The notes beneath the pieces were generated by a model. It worked only from the letters and a program-made list of their open reading frames with translations. It was not told where the DNA came from and ran no database searches. A stretch of 64,000 nucleotides of DNA from an uncultured virus (IMG/VR IMGVR_UViG_3300030380_004460) (Duplodnaviria; Heunggongvirae; Uroviricota; Caudoviricetes): the IMG/VR virus record IMGVR_UViG_3300030380_004460. One strand, 5' to 3'. Positions 37,801 through 47,932 of the stretch are shown here, piece after piece. The number at the start of each line of letters is the position of its first letter. Position 1 is the stretch's first letter. A program made the position numbers and the translations under genes.

Positions 37801-39092
37801 GTTTTGGAATTTATACACCAGCTGACAATGATAGTATAGAAAAATTAGATGGTTACGTAGCACGACATTTATTAGTTAGTGGTACTAATTTTATTGACCT
37901 TTCAGATGTTACGAGGGCATCTAAATTAAACAGAGGTGATGAAGTTACATTTATGATGACACCTTTCAAACAAATTGACAGGACGTTGTATAATCTTAAT
38001 ATATCTCAAGCCGGTTTTAAAAGTAGTTCAGCACACAGAGTTAATGGTGGAAGAGGTGCAACGATGATATTTGGTTTTAAAACTACACCACCTGTCATAA
38101 ATGATTTCCGAGTAAACCCTTCTTTTGATTTGTTAAAACAAGGTGTCGATATTGATACTATAGCTAGAAACGCAAATACCGTTACATTTAATTGGGATGA
38201 AAAAGGTGGTTCTAGACCTTGGTATAGATTACTTATAGTTGACAATAAACATATATCTAATAAATATCACACTATGAATTTTTATGCACCTTTAGATGAA
38301 GCACCTAGTGACTATAATGATTATTCTGATAGAAGCAATCCTATCTTTTACACTTCTTATGATAATTTTCCTGATTCGCCTACTGCTTTTAACGCAGGAA
38401 GTACTTGTCCTCATATAGAAGGTTTCAGTGGTTATGCTCATAGTGGCGGAAGTAGCATTGGACCAAGGTTAACCAATAGTCAAACTGCGTTTGGTAGCAC
38501 TGGCTCTTTTACCTTTGGAATGCACGTTAGACCACAATCAAGTAATGATACTTTATTTGCTGTATCTTCAAGTCATTTGACTAACACTCATCATATATTT
38601 GATGTTAAAATAAATTCTAGTAAACAAGTTGTAGTAACTGTTGCTAGTGGAACTAGCACTGCTACATTAACTAGTACGCAAACATACGCTTGTAATGGAA
38701 TAGAACCTCTTGCTATTTATACTACTTACAATAAAGATAGAGAAAATAACAACTTAAAATTATTTATTAATGGTCAACAAGAAGACAGTGCTGACTACAC
38801 TACTTCATTTGTTGCTTCTGGTAATATAGCTATAGGTGCTGATTTAGACAATGATGATAGAGCTGACGGTCTTTATAACGAAATATTTTGTTTAGAGACT
38901 GAAGCTTATATTGTTCCAAATGGTAGGAAATATGTTTTAAATACTTCACATTTACCAGACTTAAACTCTGGTAAGAGTAATTTCTATCAAGCTCGATTAT
39001 TTGCATTTGATTACCATAACATAAAAGGTTCTGATGAAGATACCATAGGACAATCTGACATCGCAGCTTGGAAAGTAACGGGGGTCAATTAA
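34857..39092 (+). CDS. Large tail-tip protein with C-terminal LamG-like domain
   Basis: 1411 aa after the tape measure; FTFGMHVRP..LKLFING. Confidence 0.7.
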   Translation: MIKIEPNTFYKRVTPSADGILDGHKGDLTILSKAVNVASGSFGGPNNYILSSNIPSSETYGQDGKLSQVYFHTNVLTMNLSENFETPMVKLWKLKDTNYSLTYGTVATRADNDMVAFSSVIDYEKPNIVETFSGENISLGEDVKFIKDNVTLSTEQYYIPYSGFKSFVEDQNALIQLEGKLVVGDVVKVGDNIPLSYVPASGRYTVHNGVKHSGIIGMFDSLDPDQFEFTLDQWRSYTGITDHWRAETREQVKMQSEETFLAKANTENTIFNTNYETDNWNDIKVQTLESTGDDTHSFAFSNAEFTTDDSKTGGQSMMFNSFWENYSGASFTASEIKKAAFPGTSSTGHNYPQEITYAVNSMPEIVPLELGSGSSAAPYRPETPTITGEYEVVFKIKQMGGRVFGSSSASGIESFNMLRSFNITLSNIPHRSGERFFDYIFRTQDGDNSFASPGVMLGMGGYRTSTNSDTIKFFDMQGQLNLQAAGTYINNSRVLQKNGIPTAHVELPTEEWITARFKIDPRRQSQLVYFPSHLNDNGSIKSLELTMAGPSGTPVCSGSLAPRCMVINSSNMRAINNTDTTASPMLGNKNLVTDIVPNIDVRQQICLDNISVRNLNHRISNATYNARNKSPAKLTIPYPMRNVPMGKATSSPETSGTSSHDNYFMKPDMPVCSFMSFGFDNKPSDGQYALLMSTFQCMNPAPQQIHHHYTKFGYVSGSGQMGILKKGHFDASGTKGTLGAAGTATAISIGGLPNDVERFRQKGNINFQLGNGAGGGGDRKNWADTGDWTRRENPLVQARILSKSSDGLTISVDTINPFKLASGSRYIAYELGEDWAGTGTSRQIGAVDTFPLEVVAIDDRKKEVTLNRSINAIFGNTDGDVYSRCAISPYKYWLNVTVMNAVPDNGITGSGKWGTDWYKSTSLELRAGAQRTYTSAQLLSATGSYGTTYNEFLYSDTPQYTNMWDLRTNTLDGVVETQKDYGFGIYTPADNDSIEKLDGYVARHLLVSGTNFIDLSDVTRASKLNRGDEVTFMMTPFKQIDRTLYNLNISQAGFKSSSAHRVNGGRGATMIFGFKTTPPVINDFRVNPSFDLLKQGVDIDTIARNANTVTFNWDEKGGSRPWYRLLIVDNKHISNKYHTMNFYAPLDEAPSDYNDYSDRSNPIFYTSYDNFPDSPTAFNAGSTCPHIEGFSGYAHSGGSSIGPRLTNSQTAFGSTGSFTFGMHVRPQSSNDTLFAVSSSHLTNTHHIFDVKINSSKQVVVTVASGTSTATLTSTQTYACNGIEPLAIYTTYNKDRENNNLKLFINGQQEDSADYTTSFVASGNIAIGADLDNDDRADGLYNEIFCLETEAYIVPNGRKYVLNTSHLPDLNSGKSNFYQARLFAFDYHNIKGSDEDTIGQSDIAAWKVTGVN

Positions 39093-42076
39093 TGGGATTA
39101 ACTTGGGATGATAATACAATCACTGTAGGAACTGAAGCTACAGCTACAATTACATTTAATGATGATGACGTTGAATGGATTTACGTTGATTGGGATGATG
39201 GTGAAGATAACTCTGTTGAAAATGCAATATATCAATGGGAAAGATTAAAGACTGACAGTAACAGCATCACTATGACTCACATCTATAATAAAGTAGGTGT
39301 ATTTTACCCAGTAATAAGAACTGTTAACAATCAAGGTATAATTTCTAAATATTTATACGATAACTCTAAAACTCCTACTACAATACCTAAACCCAGAGAA
39401 CAAGTGACTAGTATTGGCCAAATAACTGTTAGTGATGGTACACCATCTGGTGTGATACGTGTAGAAAATAAAGTTGTAAAAAGTGGTATAGATAATAGCA
39501 TATTTAATGAAGGACCTAAAGATGTTTATCTTTATAGACCTCCGACCAATTTATCAACGAGTAATATGGCTGATATTGAAATATTATTTGAAATAACTTA
39601 TTTAGATACTGCGCCTCAAACTCACGAAGTTAATGATGGTCAGTCTGATAGGTTTGACACAGGGTTGAGTACTAAAATTAGAACTTTGACTGCTGTTATG
39701 CATAATGGCACTAATTCTGTATCTGCTACTAAATTAGCTGCTTTAGGTAAAGTTACTAAAATACTTGAATTTAAACAGTTAACTGTAAAACGTATTGGAG
39801 ACACTAATGTTAACGTAAATGATTTTAACAAAATAAAAACTTTTTTGATAGCACAGAGTGACGCTGAAGTAGATGCTAATAGTACTCCTTATTTTCCAAT
39901 AACTTACGTTTCTAATGGAGACCCAATAAAGAAAAGTAGTGAAAGAAATGTTACATTAGATTTTACACAAAGTACTTCTAAAGCCTCTAATCAATCTATT
40001 GCTGATTATTATATCGATAATGGTAAAATATGGTTTGGTCCAAATGGTGAAAGATGGCAAACTGCAAACGGGACTACATTAAAAGATGACACTAAAACTA
40101 CTTTGTCAACTAAAGAAATAGGATACACATATATGCCAAGACCTGACGGTGTTAAACCTGATACTGGTGGTGGTGGTGGTAAGATTTACAAAGCTTTCAA
40201 CTTAGATAACACCGCTGCAAATGCGCCTTCTACTTATAATCAAACTGTTGGTAGTGTTGGTGATGATAACTATCAAAGTAGAACGAAAGCTAATCAGTTT
40301 CCTTTAGATGATTTTAACAGATTTTATGATTATAATCACTTAGCAAGAGTTAATGTAAAAACTGCGGGTGGTACTGAAGGTGCTTTAGATGCATTTAAAT
40401 TTGTTTACAGAGCAGCTCCACCACTTGGAGGAGCTGATAAGTATTATTATATTGACCAGAATGCTTTAAGTAAAGATTATACTACTTCAGCATATCTTAA
40501 TTATTCAAGTTCAGCAAGTTTATCACTAAATTATGAAGTTAGTGTTTCAGGTATGAATACAAGCACTTTTGTTAGTACGGATGGTTCTACTGCTAGAAAT
40601 GCTATAGAATATATGATATTAGCAAATGATGTTAAAACTAATAAAATATTTTTTAACATATCACCTTTCTCTCAGGACCATACATTTGTTGCTTCCGGAA
40701 ACACTGCTAAAACAGGTATTACTGTTGCTGGGGTGTATTATTTAAGAACTGGTAGTTTAATTGAAGGTGATAGGTTTACAGAATTTGCAGAGTGGGTTCC
40801 TGTAGATTTCAAAGATACTACAAAAGTTACCCGTGAGATAAGAGACGCAGGTAATAGTAGATTTATTGAATATTCTAGTTCTTTTACGAAACCCGGATTT
40901 ATTGAGTTTGATATGCCAAAAGATTGGGCTAAAATATCTATATCTGGATTGACTGGTGGTAAATTCAATCAGGTTGGTTCCTCTCTTGGTGCCCCCGGTG
41001 TTGGAGGTTTAGGTAAAGAATTGAGCAATGTAACATATGTTAGTAATTATAATAATGGTGGTGCAGAACCTTATGATTATCAAATATCTAAATTAGCTAC
41101 AAATGAATTAGCGTCATATGACCCGAAAGTTATTGGTTCGTTTAAATACCTTTATCAAGTTAAAGATGCTAGTGCTGCTAAAGCACATAATAAAACTTTT
41201 TGGGTAGCTTCTAGTAGTGCAACTCATCTATTTGTTGTTGATAATGTTGCAGGACTTATTGGTTCTCAATATTCTGCCGGTAATGAAATTGATGGTTATT
41301 TACGTAAAATTAACGCCTATGACGTATTTGATGGTGTTATGAAAATAGGTAGAAATACCGATAGTGAAAAAGGTAACCCACCTGATGCGGCTGAAACTAA
41401 TTATCCTTACACATTTATGTGGAATGATGCTGCAGAAAAAACTAATTTAGCATCTAACTTTGTAGACATCTACCCTATTAAAATAGTATTAGATGGTGGT
41501 GGCACTGGAAACACTGTGACCCATTTTGAAAGTGGAGCAAGACCCGGTGTAGAACTTTGGGATATATTACCTTTTAACAATTCTAATTCACAAGTAGTTA
41601 TACAAAAAGATAACACTGCATTTGATATGTCTTTTATGGAATTAACTAGCGATGTGTCTGTTGCTTACGCGGGTACATATTATTCATCAATATCTAAAGG
41701 TGGTAAAGTTACCATAATTAGAACTGGCACACCAATACAAAAAATAACATTTGCTGGTAATGCTTTGGGAGATGAAGCTACATTTAGTTTTAGTGAAGAA
41801 TATTTATCTTATAACACCTTACATAAATTAAGGCGTATTGAAGCAGAAGCTGTAAGAGTTATGTGGGATGAAAAACAAAAAGATGGAAGTTATGTTAGAT
41901 TCTTTGGTTATATTGAAGGTGTTACAGAAACGCATAGTAATCAAGGGCCAAAAGCTAGTAAACCTTTTACTTTTACGATGATTGTTGAAGAAATATGTTT
42001 AATAGAATTTTCTGGAGTATTAATGTCTGATATAACGCCGTTAGGAGGAGTTGCAGATGGTAACACATACTCCTAA
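39092..42076 (+). CDS. Tail-tip protein with N-terminal PKD-like domain
   Basis: VDWDDG..THIYNKVGVF PKD motif; start moved to the TAATG-coupled ATG at 39092. Confidence 0.7.
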   Translation: MGLTWDDNTITVGTEATATITFNDDDVEWIYVDWDDGEDNSVENAIYQWERLKTDSNSITMTHIYNKVGVFYPVIRTVNNQGIISKYLYDNSKTPTTIPKPREQVTSIGQITVSDGTPSGVIRVENKVVKSGIDNSIFNEGPKDVYLYRPPTNLSTSNMADIEILFEITYLDTAPQTHEVNDGQSDRFDTGLSTKIRTLTAVMHNGTNSVSATKLAALGKVTKILEFKQLTVKRIGDTNVNVNDFNKIKTFLIAQSDAEVDANSTPYFPITYVSNGDPIKKSSERNVTLDFTQSTSKASNQSIADYYIDNGKIWFGPNGERWQTANGTTLKDDTKTTLSTKEIGYTYMPRPDGVKPDTGGGGGKIYKAFNLDNTAANAPSTYNQTVGSVGDDNYQSRTKANQFPLDDFNRFYDYNHLARVNVKTAGGTEGALDAFKFVYRAAPPLGGADKYYYIDQNALSKDYTTSAYLNYSSSASLSLNYEVSVSGMNTSTFVSTDGSTARNAIEYMILANDVKTNKIFFNISPFSQDHTFVASGNTAKTGITVAGVYYLRTGSLIEGDRFTEFAEWVPVDFKDTTKVTREIRDAGNSRFIEYSSSFTKPGFIEFDMPKDWAKISISGLTGGKFNQVGSSLGAPGVGGLGKELSNVTYVSNYNNGGAEPYDYQISKLATNELASYDPKVIGSFKYLYQVKDASAAKAHNKTFWVASSSATHLFVVDNVAGLIGSQYSAGNEIDGYLRKINAYDVFDGVMKIGRNTDSEKGNPPDAAETNYPYTFMWNDAAEKTNLASNFVDIYPIKIVLDGGGTGNTVTHFESGARPGVELWDILPFNNSNSQVVIQKDNTAFDMSFMELTSDVSVAYAGTYYSSISKGGKVTIIRTGTPIQKITFAGNALGDEATFSFSEEYLSYNTLHKLRRIEAEAVRVMWDEKQKDGSYVRFFGYIEGVTETHSNQGPKASKPFTFTMIVEEICLIEFSGVLMSDITPLGGVADGNTYS

Positions 42077-43079
42077 ATTATTAATTGATAACACGTTGAC
42101 TGAATTTGTTTCTTGTGATTTAAAAGTGCGTGGCAATAATACTGCTGCACAATTAAACTTTACTGTAACTCAACCCGAACTGTCATATCGTAAGTATTGG
42201 AATAAAGAAGTTGTTTTGTTTTTTGATATATCTGATGCTACTCCTATATTTAGAGGTAGGATTGTTAACAGTGATATAGTTGATAATATAGGGCTTAGAT
42301 TTACTGCTGTTGATAATTTTGGTTTTTTAACTGGTCACGACAAAGCAAAGGTTATGCTTACTGATGAATCTAATGTTGACGGGTTGAGTGGAGGTAATGC
42401 AATAAAAAAATTAATACAACTTGCTAATTTAGATAGTGTGGTTGGTACAGATTATATTGGTGACACTAATCCCATAATAAATCCAGACAAAATGAGAGGA
42501 GATGTAATCATTTTAGATGCTATAAAAAGTATTTTGAAACAAGTTGTAAATTATAACTCAACTGTTACTAGAGAAAATTACGTCAGAAGATTTGACGATG
42601 GTTCAAAAACTCAAATAAAAATTGATTTAGCTGCTGATTTAGATAATGCTACGCCAATAAAAGTATATAGTTATGATAATATTATAACTTTTAAAGTCAA
42701 CAATCGTAAAATACCCACTATAATTAATGTAAAAGGTGATAACTCTTTTGGGACTTACAAACACGATTCGTTTATTGATTCTTATGGAGAAAATCCTTTG
42801 AGTGTTGATAATAAACAATTAAAATCAAAAGCTGAGTGCGTAGAGTTTGGATACAAGATATTCGAAGCAAATAAAAAAAATCAATATGAATACACTATAG
42901 AAACAGCTGACGGTGTTTACTTAAATGAAGGTGACGTTGTTGAAATAATTAGTGATGATGTAGACGTGTCTGGAAACTTTAGAATTATTGGTAAATCTTT
43001 ATCTTTAGGTTCTAACGATTATAAATTACAGTTAACTATAAACAAACAACCACCTATACTATCTCAATTCTTATTGTAA
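42057..43079 (+). CDS. Probable baseplate hub/tail-tip protein
   Basis: PIFRGRI..FTAVD..L..GDVVEI..GNFRI pattern; GGAGG RBS before the ATG at 42057. Confidence 0.6.
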   Translation: MVTHTPKLLIDNTLTEFVSCDLKVRGNNTAAQLNFTVTQPELSYRKYWNKEVVLFFDISDATPIFRGRIVNSDIVDNIGLRFTAVDNFGFLTGHDKAKVMLTDESNVDGLSGGNAIKKLIQLANLDSVVGTDYIGDTNPIINPDKMRGDVIILDAIKSILKQVVNYNSTVTRENYVRRFDDGSKTQIKIDLAADLDNATPIKVYSYDNIITFKVNNRKIPTIINVKGDNSFGTYKHDSFIDSYGENPLSVDNKQLKSKAECVEFGYKIFEANKKNQYEYTIETADGVYLNEGDVVEIISDDVDVSGNFRIIGKSLSLGSNDYKLQLTINKQPPILSQFLL

Positions 43080-43159
43080 CAAAATGCACAGTATCTTTTA
43101 CCTTCATATGTATATATAAAAGCCCTTTTTAAACAACCAGAACACTCTAGTACTCTCAA
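43064..43159 (-). CDS. 31 aa Zn-finger micro-protein (below cutoff)
   Basis: MRVLECSGCLKRAFIYTYEGKRYCAFCYNKN (TTG start); overlaps the 3' end of the convergent + gene. Confidence 0.5.
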   Translation of the reverse strand: MRVLECSGCLKRAFIYTYEGKRYCAFCYNKN

Positions 43160-43161
43160 AC

Positions 43162-43398
43162 TTAATCAGTCTTTCTTGGTAACTGTTGACCAGAACCGTA
43201 TGCTTCTGTATTGGAAGGATTTTCAGTCCTATACCTAATACCTTCACCGATAGTAAATGAACCATACTTGAAACCTACACCACTGTCGTTTAACTCAGCT
43301 CCAATGTAAGGGTGTGGGTCTTCCATATTGATACCGTTTCCACCACCGTTTCGTCCCATTTTGCGTCCATATCCAGTTACATCTTTTTCAAATGTCAC
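43162..43398 (-). CDS. Hypothetical Gly-rich protein
   Basis: AGGTGA RBS before the GTG at 43398. Confidence 0.6.
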   Translation of the reverse strand: MTFEKDVTGYGRKMGRNGGGNGINMEDPHPYIGAELNDSGVGFKYGSFTIGEGIRYRTENPSNTEAYGSGQQLPRKTD

Positions 43399-45256
43399 AC
43401 TTATCACCTACACAAGCATACTCTTTTCCGCCTTCAGTTGCATCCTGAAGTTCGTACTCTGAAAGCTTGCTGTAGTTAATATCGGGGAAATTCTTTATAA
43501 GGTTTTCGTAGGTATAGTGGTCTATTTCCTCATATGGGGCTAAAGTATACTGTCCGCCATCATATGGTAGGAAAGATACACCGTTGATTATATCCCAGTT
43601 TTTGTATACCCAGTTACCCACTTCGAACCATTCATCTTCTTTTACATATACAGTCATACTAGCGTTGTGTTCACACCAGTTTAATTGTAAGTTCTTGTAG
43701 TGTTTGAGTTGGTCCATAGCTGTCATATCCTTTCTGGTCATACAACCTTCTGGTGATTTAACTGGAAACTCTAATACCCAAGTAGTTGCATCTTCTTCTG
43801 TCTGTCCGTTTTCTGGAACACAAGGTACACCTTGGTCCTTCAACATTGCAAGTAATGGGTCAGTAGCAGCAATCCTATATCTTCTAATGTAGTATTGCGA
43901 GTATCTTGGGTGACACCCACTAGCTGAATCTACTAGTTGTGAAACTGTGCCTGAAGGCTTGACGCAAGTGGTAGAAACAGGCATATTAACATCTAGTGCT
44001 GTAGATGCTTTACGAGAAATGCGCAAAACACGCGATTTAAGGGCTTTTAAGGCCTCCGAGTTCATTAACAGAGGATTATCCATTTGACCAGTCAAACTGA
44101 CTCCTAAAAGCCGTTCTACGTCACAGTTCTTTTTCCACTGTTTCCTAAGATATGGAAAGTTAGTAAATGTAGATTGTAAAACACCAAGCCAAGTTGCTGT
44201 CTCCACCTTGTCTAATAATGAATCTAAATCATCCTCTTCTCTAACTACTACCTCAGACAGGTTACAAAATTCCATATCACGTAACATAATTTCACCACAA
44301 GGGTTAGTTCCTTGTATTTTTGATGAATATCTTCTGCTAGGTGCTTGGTTCTGCGCGGATTCTAAATTAAATATCCCACGTTCACCACTGCCCGATTTTG
44401 CCAACACACCCCATTCTACTAAGAAATCAGCAGCTGTTGGTTTTTCCCTGTATATAGCTGAGTTATTTGCCATAGCTCTTCTGATAGGAAACGGCCAATC
44501 TTTTGCGTGTCGCATATCTTCATCGTTTAAGTCCGATAGTGATATCTGCGAACTACGTCTTACTCCACCTGCCACTACTATCTCTGCAATCTGATTAGCA
44601 ATGTCGTGACATTCTAAAGAGGTTAGTTTTCTACCTTGTGCGTTGTGCATAGTTTCACGTATAAAATCGTGTAACTTAATGAGTGGTTGCGGTCCTGATG
44701 AACGACCACCCATTGTACTTAGACGGGCCCCCTCCGGTCTTAGTTGTGAATAATCAAAGTAAAGGTTTTGTCCTTCATATAAACTTGTCATAAGTGTTTT
44801 TACTGAATCTGCCCATCCTTCTCTAGAGTCATCTATAGTTACTCTAGCAATGTCTTTGCCTGATTTTATTTCAGGAATAGATGGTAACTTACTAACTTCA
44901 TCTTCTTCTACAGAAAAACCAAACCCAGTACCACACATTAGTATGTGTAAACATTCTGCAAATGCTTCAACACAGTTCAACTTCGCGAAAGAACAGTTGT
45001 AGATAACAGTGTTGTCCTTTTCTGCTGCTGGTCCTGCGGACCAAAGGAACCTCATAGAAGGCATAACAGCAAAGTCTAACATATACTGTCTTATCTTTTT
45101 AACAGTTTTTTCTGGTATCTTTTCACCGTTTTTTAAAATTAAAAAATCAATAAATCTTTCTATTGTTTCTGGCCACTCTTCACGTCGACCTTCATCTTCC
45201 ATCCAACGGGAATACGTTCTCTTGTATATAAATTCGGCTACTTCATTTTTAAACAT
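43388..45256 (-). CDS. nrdJ: Class II (B12-dependent) ribonucleotide reductase, RTPR-type
   Basis: KRTYSR, YNCSF, GGVRRS, TNPCGEI, FCNLSEV, TCVKPSGT, C-terminal CVGDKC. Confidence 0.95.
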   Translation of the reverse strand: MFKNEVAEFIYKRTYSRWMEDEGRREEWPETIERFIDFLILKNGEKIPEKTVKKIRQYMLDFAVMPSMRFLWSAGPAAEKDNTVIYNCSFAKLNCVEAFAECLHILMCGTGFGFSVEEDEVSKLPSIPEIKSGKDIARVTIDDSREGWADSVKTLMTSLYEGQNLYFDYSQLRPEGARLSTMGGRSSGPQPLIKLHDFIRETMHNAQGRKLTSLECHDIANQIAEIVVAGGVRRSSQISLSDLNDEDMRHAKDWPFPIRRAMANNSAIYREKPTAADFLVEWGVLAKSGSGERGIFNLESAQNQAPSRRYSSKIQGTNPCGEIMLRDMEFCNLSEVVVREEDDLDSLLDKVETATWLGVLQSTFTNFPYLRKQWKKNCDVERLLGVSLTGQMDNPLLMNSEALKALKSRVLRISRKASTALDVNMPVSTTCVKPSGTVSQLVDSASGCHPRYSQYYIRRYRIAATDPLLAMLKDQGVPCVPENGQTEEDATTWVLEFPVKSPEGCMTRKDMTAMDQLKHYKNLQLNWCEHNASMTVYVKEDEWFEVGNWVYKNWDIINGVSFLPYDGGQYTLAPYEEIDHYTYENLIKNFPDINYSKLSEYELQDATEGGKEYACVGDKCDI

Positions 45257-45290
45257 TGTATCACTTCTTTTTCATTGCTTCCTATTCTAC

Positions 45291-46139
45291 TTAAAGGTTT
45301 GCAGCCCACCGTTGCCAAGGGTCTTCAATTATTCTTAATTGTAATTCTTTCAACGCTGGTTGTAAGGACCATTCTTTCATTTTTACAAATGTAAAAATTG
45401 TGGGTATCACAAGTATTTTACCGTACTTACTTACACCTTTACAAAATGCCCAATGCTCACAACTACCCATCATCCTACCCTCTACAGTGTAAGCTGATTC
45501 CTTTCTTTTAGTTGCCCACTCTGTATTATTTACAGCCTCAGTTCTAACCAAAGCTGCACCACCAAATGCTGAGTTTACAATCACAGGTTCAAGGTTCTTC
45601 CATCTCTGTCTGTCTTCCTTCCTTTGGAATGGATTACAAGAGAGTAATAACCCTTCGTTGTTGTCTTTGTCTTGTATTGCAAATGTATCATAGTATGTTT
45701 GTTTACCACACATACACATATTACACTTGATAGTTTGTTTGACAAAAGGTGTGCACATTGCAACATCGTCCTTCATATACTTTAAGTAATCTTCAATTAT
45801 GTTTTCATTAAAATCTACATCAGAATCTATTATAAAACAGAAATCACTATCAATCGGTTTTATCCCGTTTAATAATCTATTTCTATAATAGGTCATCATT
45901 TTCATTCTTTCTTCATCTGGTGTATGTCCAAAGGTTGGTGCATCTAGTATTTCACTTATGACTTTACCCTCTCTAGATAACATCCATATTTCTAACTCTT
46001 CTACTGTTCTATCTGTAGAATCATTTTCGTAAAAGTAATATTCCATTTGATATTTCTTTTCAAGTTTTTCTAATCTAGAAAAAAGTTTAGGTAATATCTT
46101 TTCACTATTTCTAAATAAACACATTACAGTGATTTTCAT
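45291..46139 (-). CDS. GT-A glycosyltransferase (Anp1/CAP59-like)
   Basis: YENDSTD.T, RNRLL, IDSDV (DxD), YDTFA, SAFGG, CEH. Confidence 0.8.
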   Translation of the reverse strand: MKITVMCLFRNSEKILPKLFSRLEKLEKKYQMEYYFYENDSTDRTVEELEIWMLSREGKVISEILDAPTFGHTPDEERMKMMTYYRNRLLNGIKPIDSDFCFIIDSDVDFNENIIEDYLKYMKDDVAMCTPFVKQTIKCNMCMCGKQTYYDTFAIQDKDNNEGLLLSCNPFQRKEDRQRWKNLEPVIVNSAFGGAALVRTEAVNNTEWATKRKESAYTVEGRMMGSCEHWAFCKGVSKYGKILVIPTIFTFVKMKEWSLQPALKELQLRIIEDPWQRWAANL

Positions 46140-46978
46140 TTTTGATATTCCTCTTTCAATTCACTTCTTATCTTTTCTTTATCTACATTGAATTGTGTTA
46201 GTGGGCCATCTTCATACATTGGCATATCTGCAAAACCCATACTATCATAAAACTGTTGTGTCGCGTGAAATCCTTGTGCGCCAATGTACTTAGCTAAATT
46301 GCGTGATGTACTAACTTTAATTTGTCCAGATAACATCATTGCTATACATTTCGCTCCATCTTGACTATGTGCTACGTTTGGATTTGCACTATAATCATTA
46401 TATAATTCATATATCTTATCTACAGGGCGATATGCATAATCTTTACCACTTACTATTTCATAATACTTATCAAAAAACGATTGACGTTGCTGCCACGATT
46501 CTTTAGTAGTGCCGTATGACCACAAGTGTCCCATCTTCTTCATTTCTGAATCATTGCCTTCTTCTTTATTTTCACTGTACGCATTGAAAAAACCTATCGA
46601 TGGGTCATCTCTAAATGTATCAAACATATTAGCTATTGTCTGGAAATAGTGTTTAGATAAAACTAAATCATCTTCTAAAAATAATACTTCATTAAATCCT
46701 TTATTAATAAACATAGTATGTTCTGCTTTGCGCCAGTTTTCACATATTCCTATATTACCTTCTGATTCATATACAGAGGAAGTAGGAAACATTTCTTTGA
46801 AAGTAGTTACACAGTCAAACACATCATTGTAATATGCAGTCTTCCTCCAAGAATATGCATTTACTACTCCATCTTGGAATAAAAATATCTCAAAGTCTTG
46901 ATATGTTTGTTCTTTAATACTGTCTAATACTTGTTTCAGATAGTGTGGCCTGTTGTGTGATAAAATCGCTACTTTCAT
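46136..46978 (-). CDS. GT-A glycosyltransferase
   Basis: SHNRPHYL..VLDSI, FQDG, N.GI, FLEDDL, IG..G.H. Confidence 0.82.
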   Translation of the reverse strand: MKVAILSHNRPHYLKQVLDSIKEQTYQDFEIFLFQDGVVNAYSWRKTAYYNDVFDCVTTFKEMFPTSSVYESEGNIGICENWRKAEHTMFINKGFNEVLFLEDDLVLSKHYFQTIANMFDTFRDDPSIGFFNAYSENKEEGNDSEMKKMGHLWSYGTTKESWQQRQSFFDKYYEIVSGKDYAYRPVDKIYELYNDYSANPNVAHSQDGAKCIAMMLSGQIKVSTSRNLAKYIGAQGFHATQQFYDSMGFADMPMYEDGPLTQFNVDKEKIRSELKEEYQK

Positions 46979-47469
46979 TTTAACCTCAAAGCTACTATTG
47001 ACTGCCCGTTTTTAATACTTTCTACCTCTTCATACATATTAAACACCCAATGATATTCTGGTCGTTCCCAAAAATCGTGGATGAATACAACTGCATTATC
47101 TGATAGGTAAGGTATAACTTTTTCTGCACACTGTGGTCTTGCCCGACCATCTATCAAAACTAAATCAAACTTTTTATTTAGTGTGTCTACGTAATTAATA
47201 TAATCTTCAAATTGTATTGGGTCTGTAGGAATAGTTCTTGGTAAATTGTTTGGTACGTGATGTAGTAAAACGTTAAGCGGTTTTACCTTAAGTACGTCGT
47301 TATACCAGTTATTATCGTGTTCAATACTGGTATACGTTTTAACAAAAGTGCTGAAAAATAAAGTACTTCCTCCGGCACCCCATTCCAACATATGCTTATT
47401 AGGGGATAAATACTTAGTAATAACATTTATTTCTTCTTGAGTCATCCAGACGTGAGTAACGTCACTCAT
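46975..47469 (-). CDS. Class I SAM-dependent methyltransferase (sugar O-methyltransferase-like)
   Basis: LEWGAGGST, SIEHD..W, FDLVLIDGR.R, IHDF. Confidence 0.85.
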   Translation of the reverse strand: MSDVTHVWMTQEEINVITKYLSPNKHMLEWGAGGSTLFFSTFVKTYTSIEHDNNWYNDVLKVKPLNVLLHHVPNNLPRTIPTDPIQFEDYINYVDTLNKKFDLVLIDGRARPQCAEKVIPYLSDNAVVFIHDFWERPEYHWVFNMYEEVESIKNGQSIVALRLK

Positions 47470-47541
47470 TTATAATCTACAATGATTCTGTTACCTTTCT
47501 TTTTACTTTTTGTTGTAAGTATCCCCATTGCATCTCCTTAA

Positions 47542-47646
47542 TTAAGCGTAAGGACTAGAAGCTGCGTTTTTCATCACAGGTTCTTTTTTCTTTTCTTCTT
47601 CCTTCACTTCTTTCTTTTCTTTCTTTTCTACTTTCTTGTCAGCCAT
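47542..47646 (-). CDS. 34 aa K/E-rich micro-protein
   Basis: MADKKVEKKEKKEVKEEEKKKEPVMKNAASSPYA; TAATG coupling. Confidence 0.5.
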   Translation of the reverse strand: MADKKVEKKEKKEVKEEEKKKEPVMKNAASSPYA

Positions 47647-47930
47647 TATGCACTTCCTGACACTGTTTTGTAAGTTGTACCTATTAGTGCTGACTTTTCT
47701 TCCTCAGTTTTACCCCAAGGAACCATAGTTCCTGACAATGTATCCCAAGCCAAACCTACGATTTGGTCTTGAGTCTTACCGGTTGTTGAACCGCTAGCTA
47801 CCACAGTATCCCAATACTGGCTTCTACCGTTAGGCGAGCAAGTTGCCGTGAAACCTACACATATACCAGTAGGTTCTTCAGCAGGGTACCATTCATATCT
47901 TGTTACTTTGTAATCGGTGTGATGTGACAT
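47646..47930 (-). CDS. Hypothetical protein
   Basis: 94 aa; GAGGT RBS. Confidence 0.7.
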   Translation of the reverse strand: MSHHTDYKVTRYEWYPAEEPTGICVGFTATCSPNGRSQYWDTVVASGSTTGKTQDQIVGLAWDTLSGTMVPWGKTEEEKSALIGTTYKTVSGSA

Positions 47931-47932
47931 AT

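Noticed and set aside
43108..43124. Antisense promoter TTTTATATATA pointing into the tail genes
   Set aside because: Explained as codons (AFIYTY) of the Zn-finger micro-ORF, with no BRE-like A-run.
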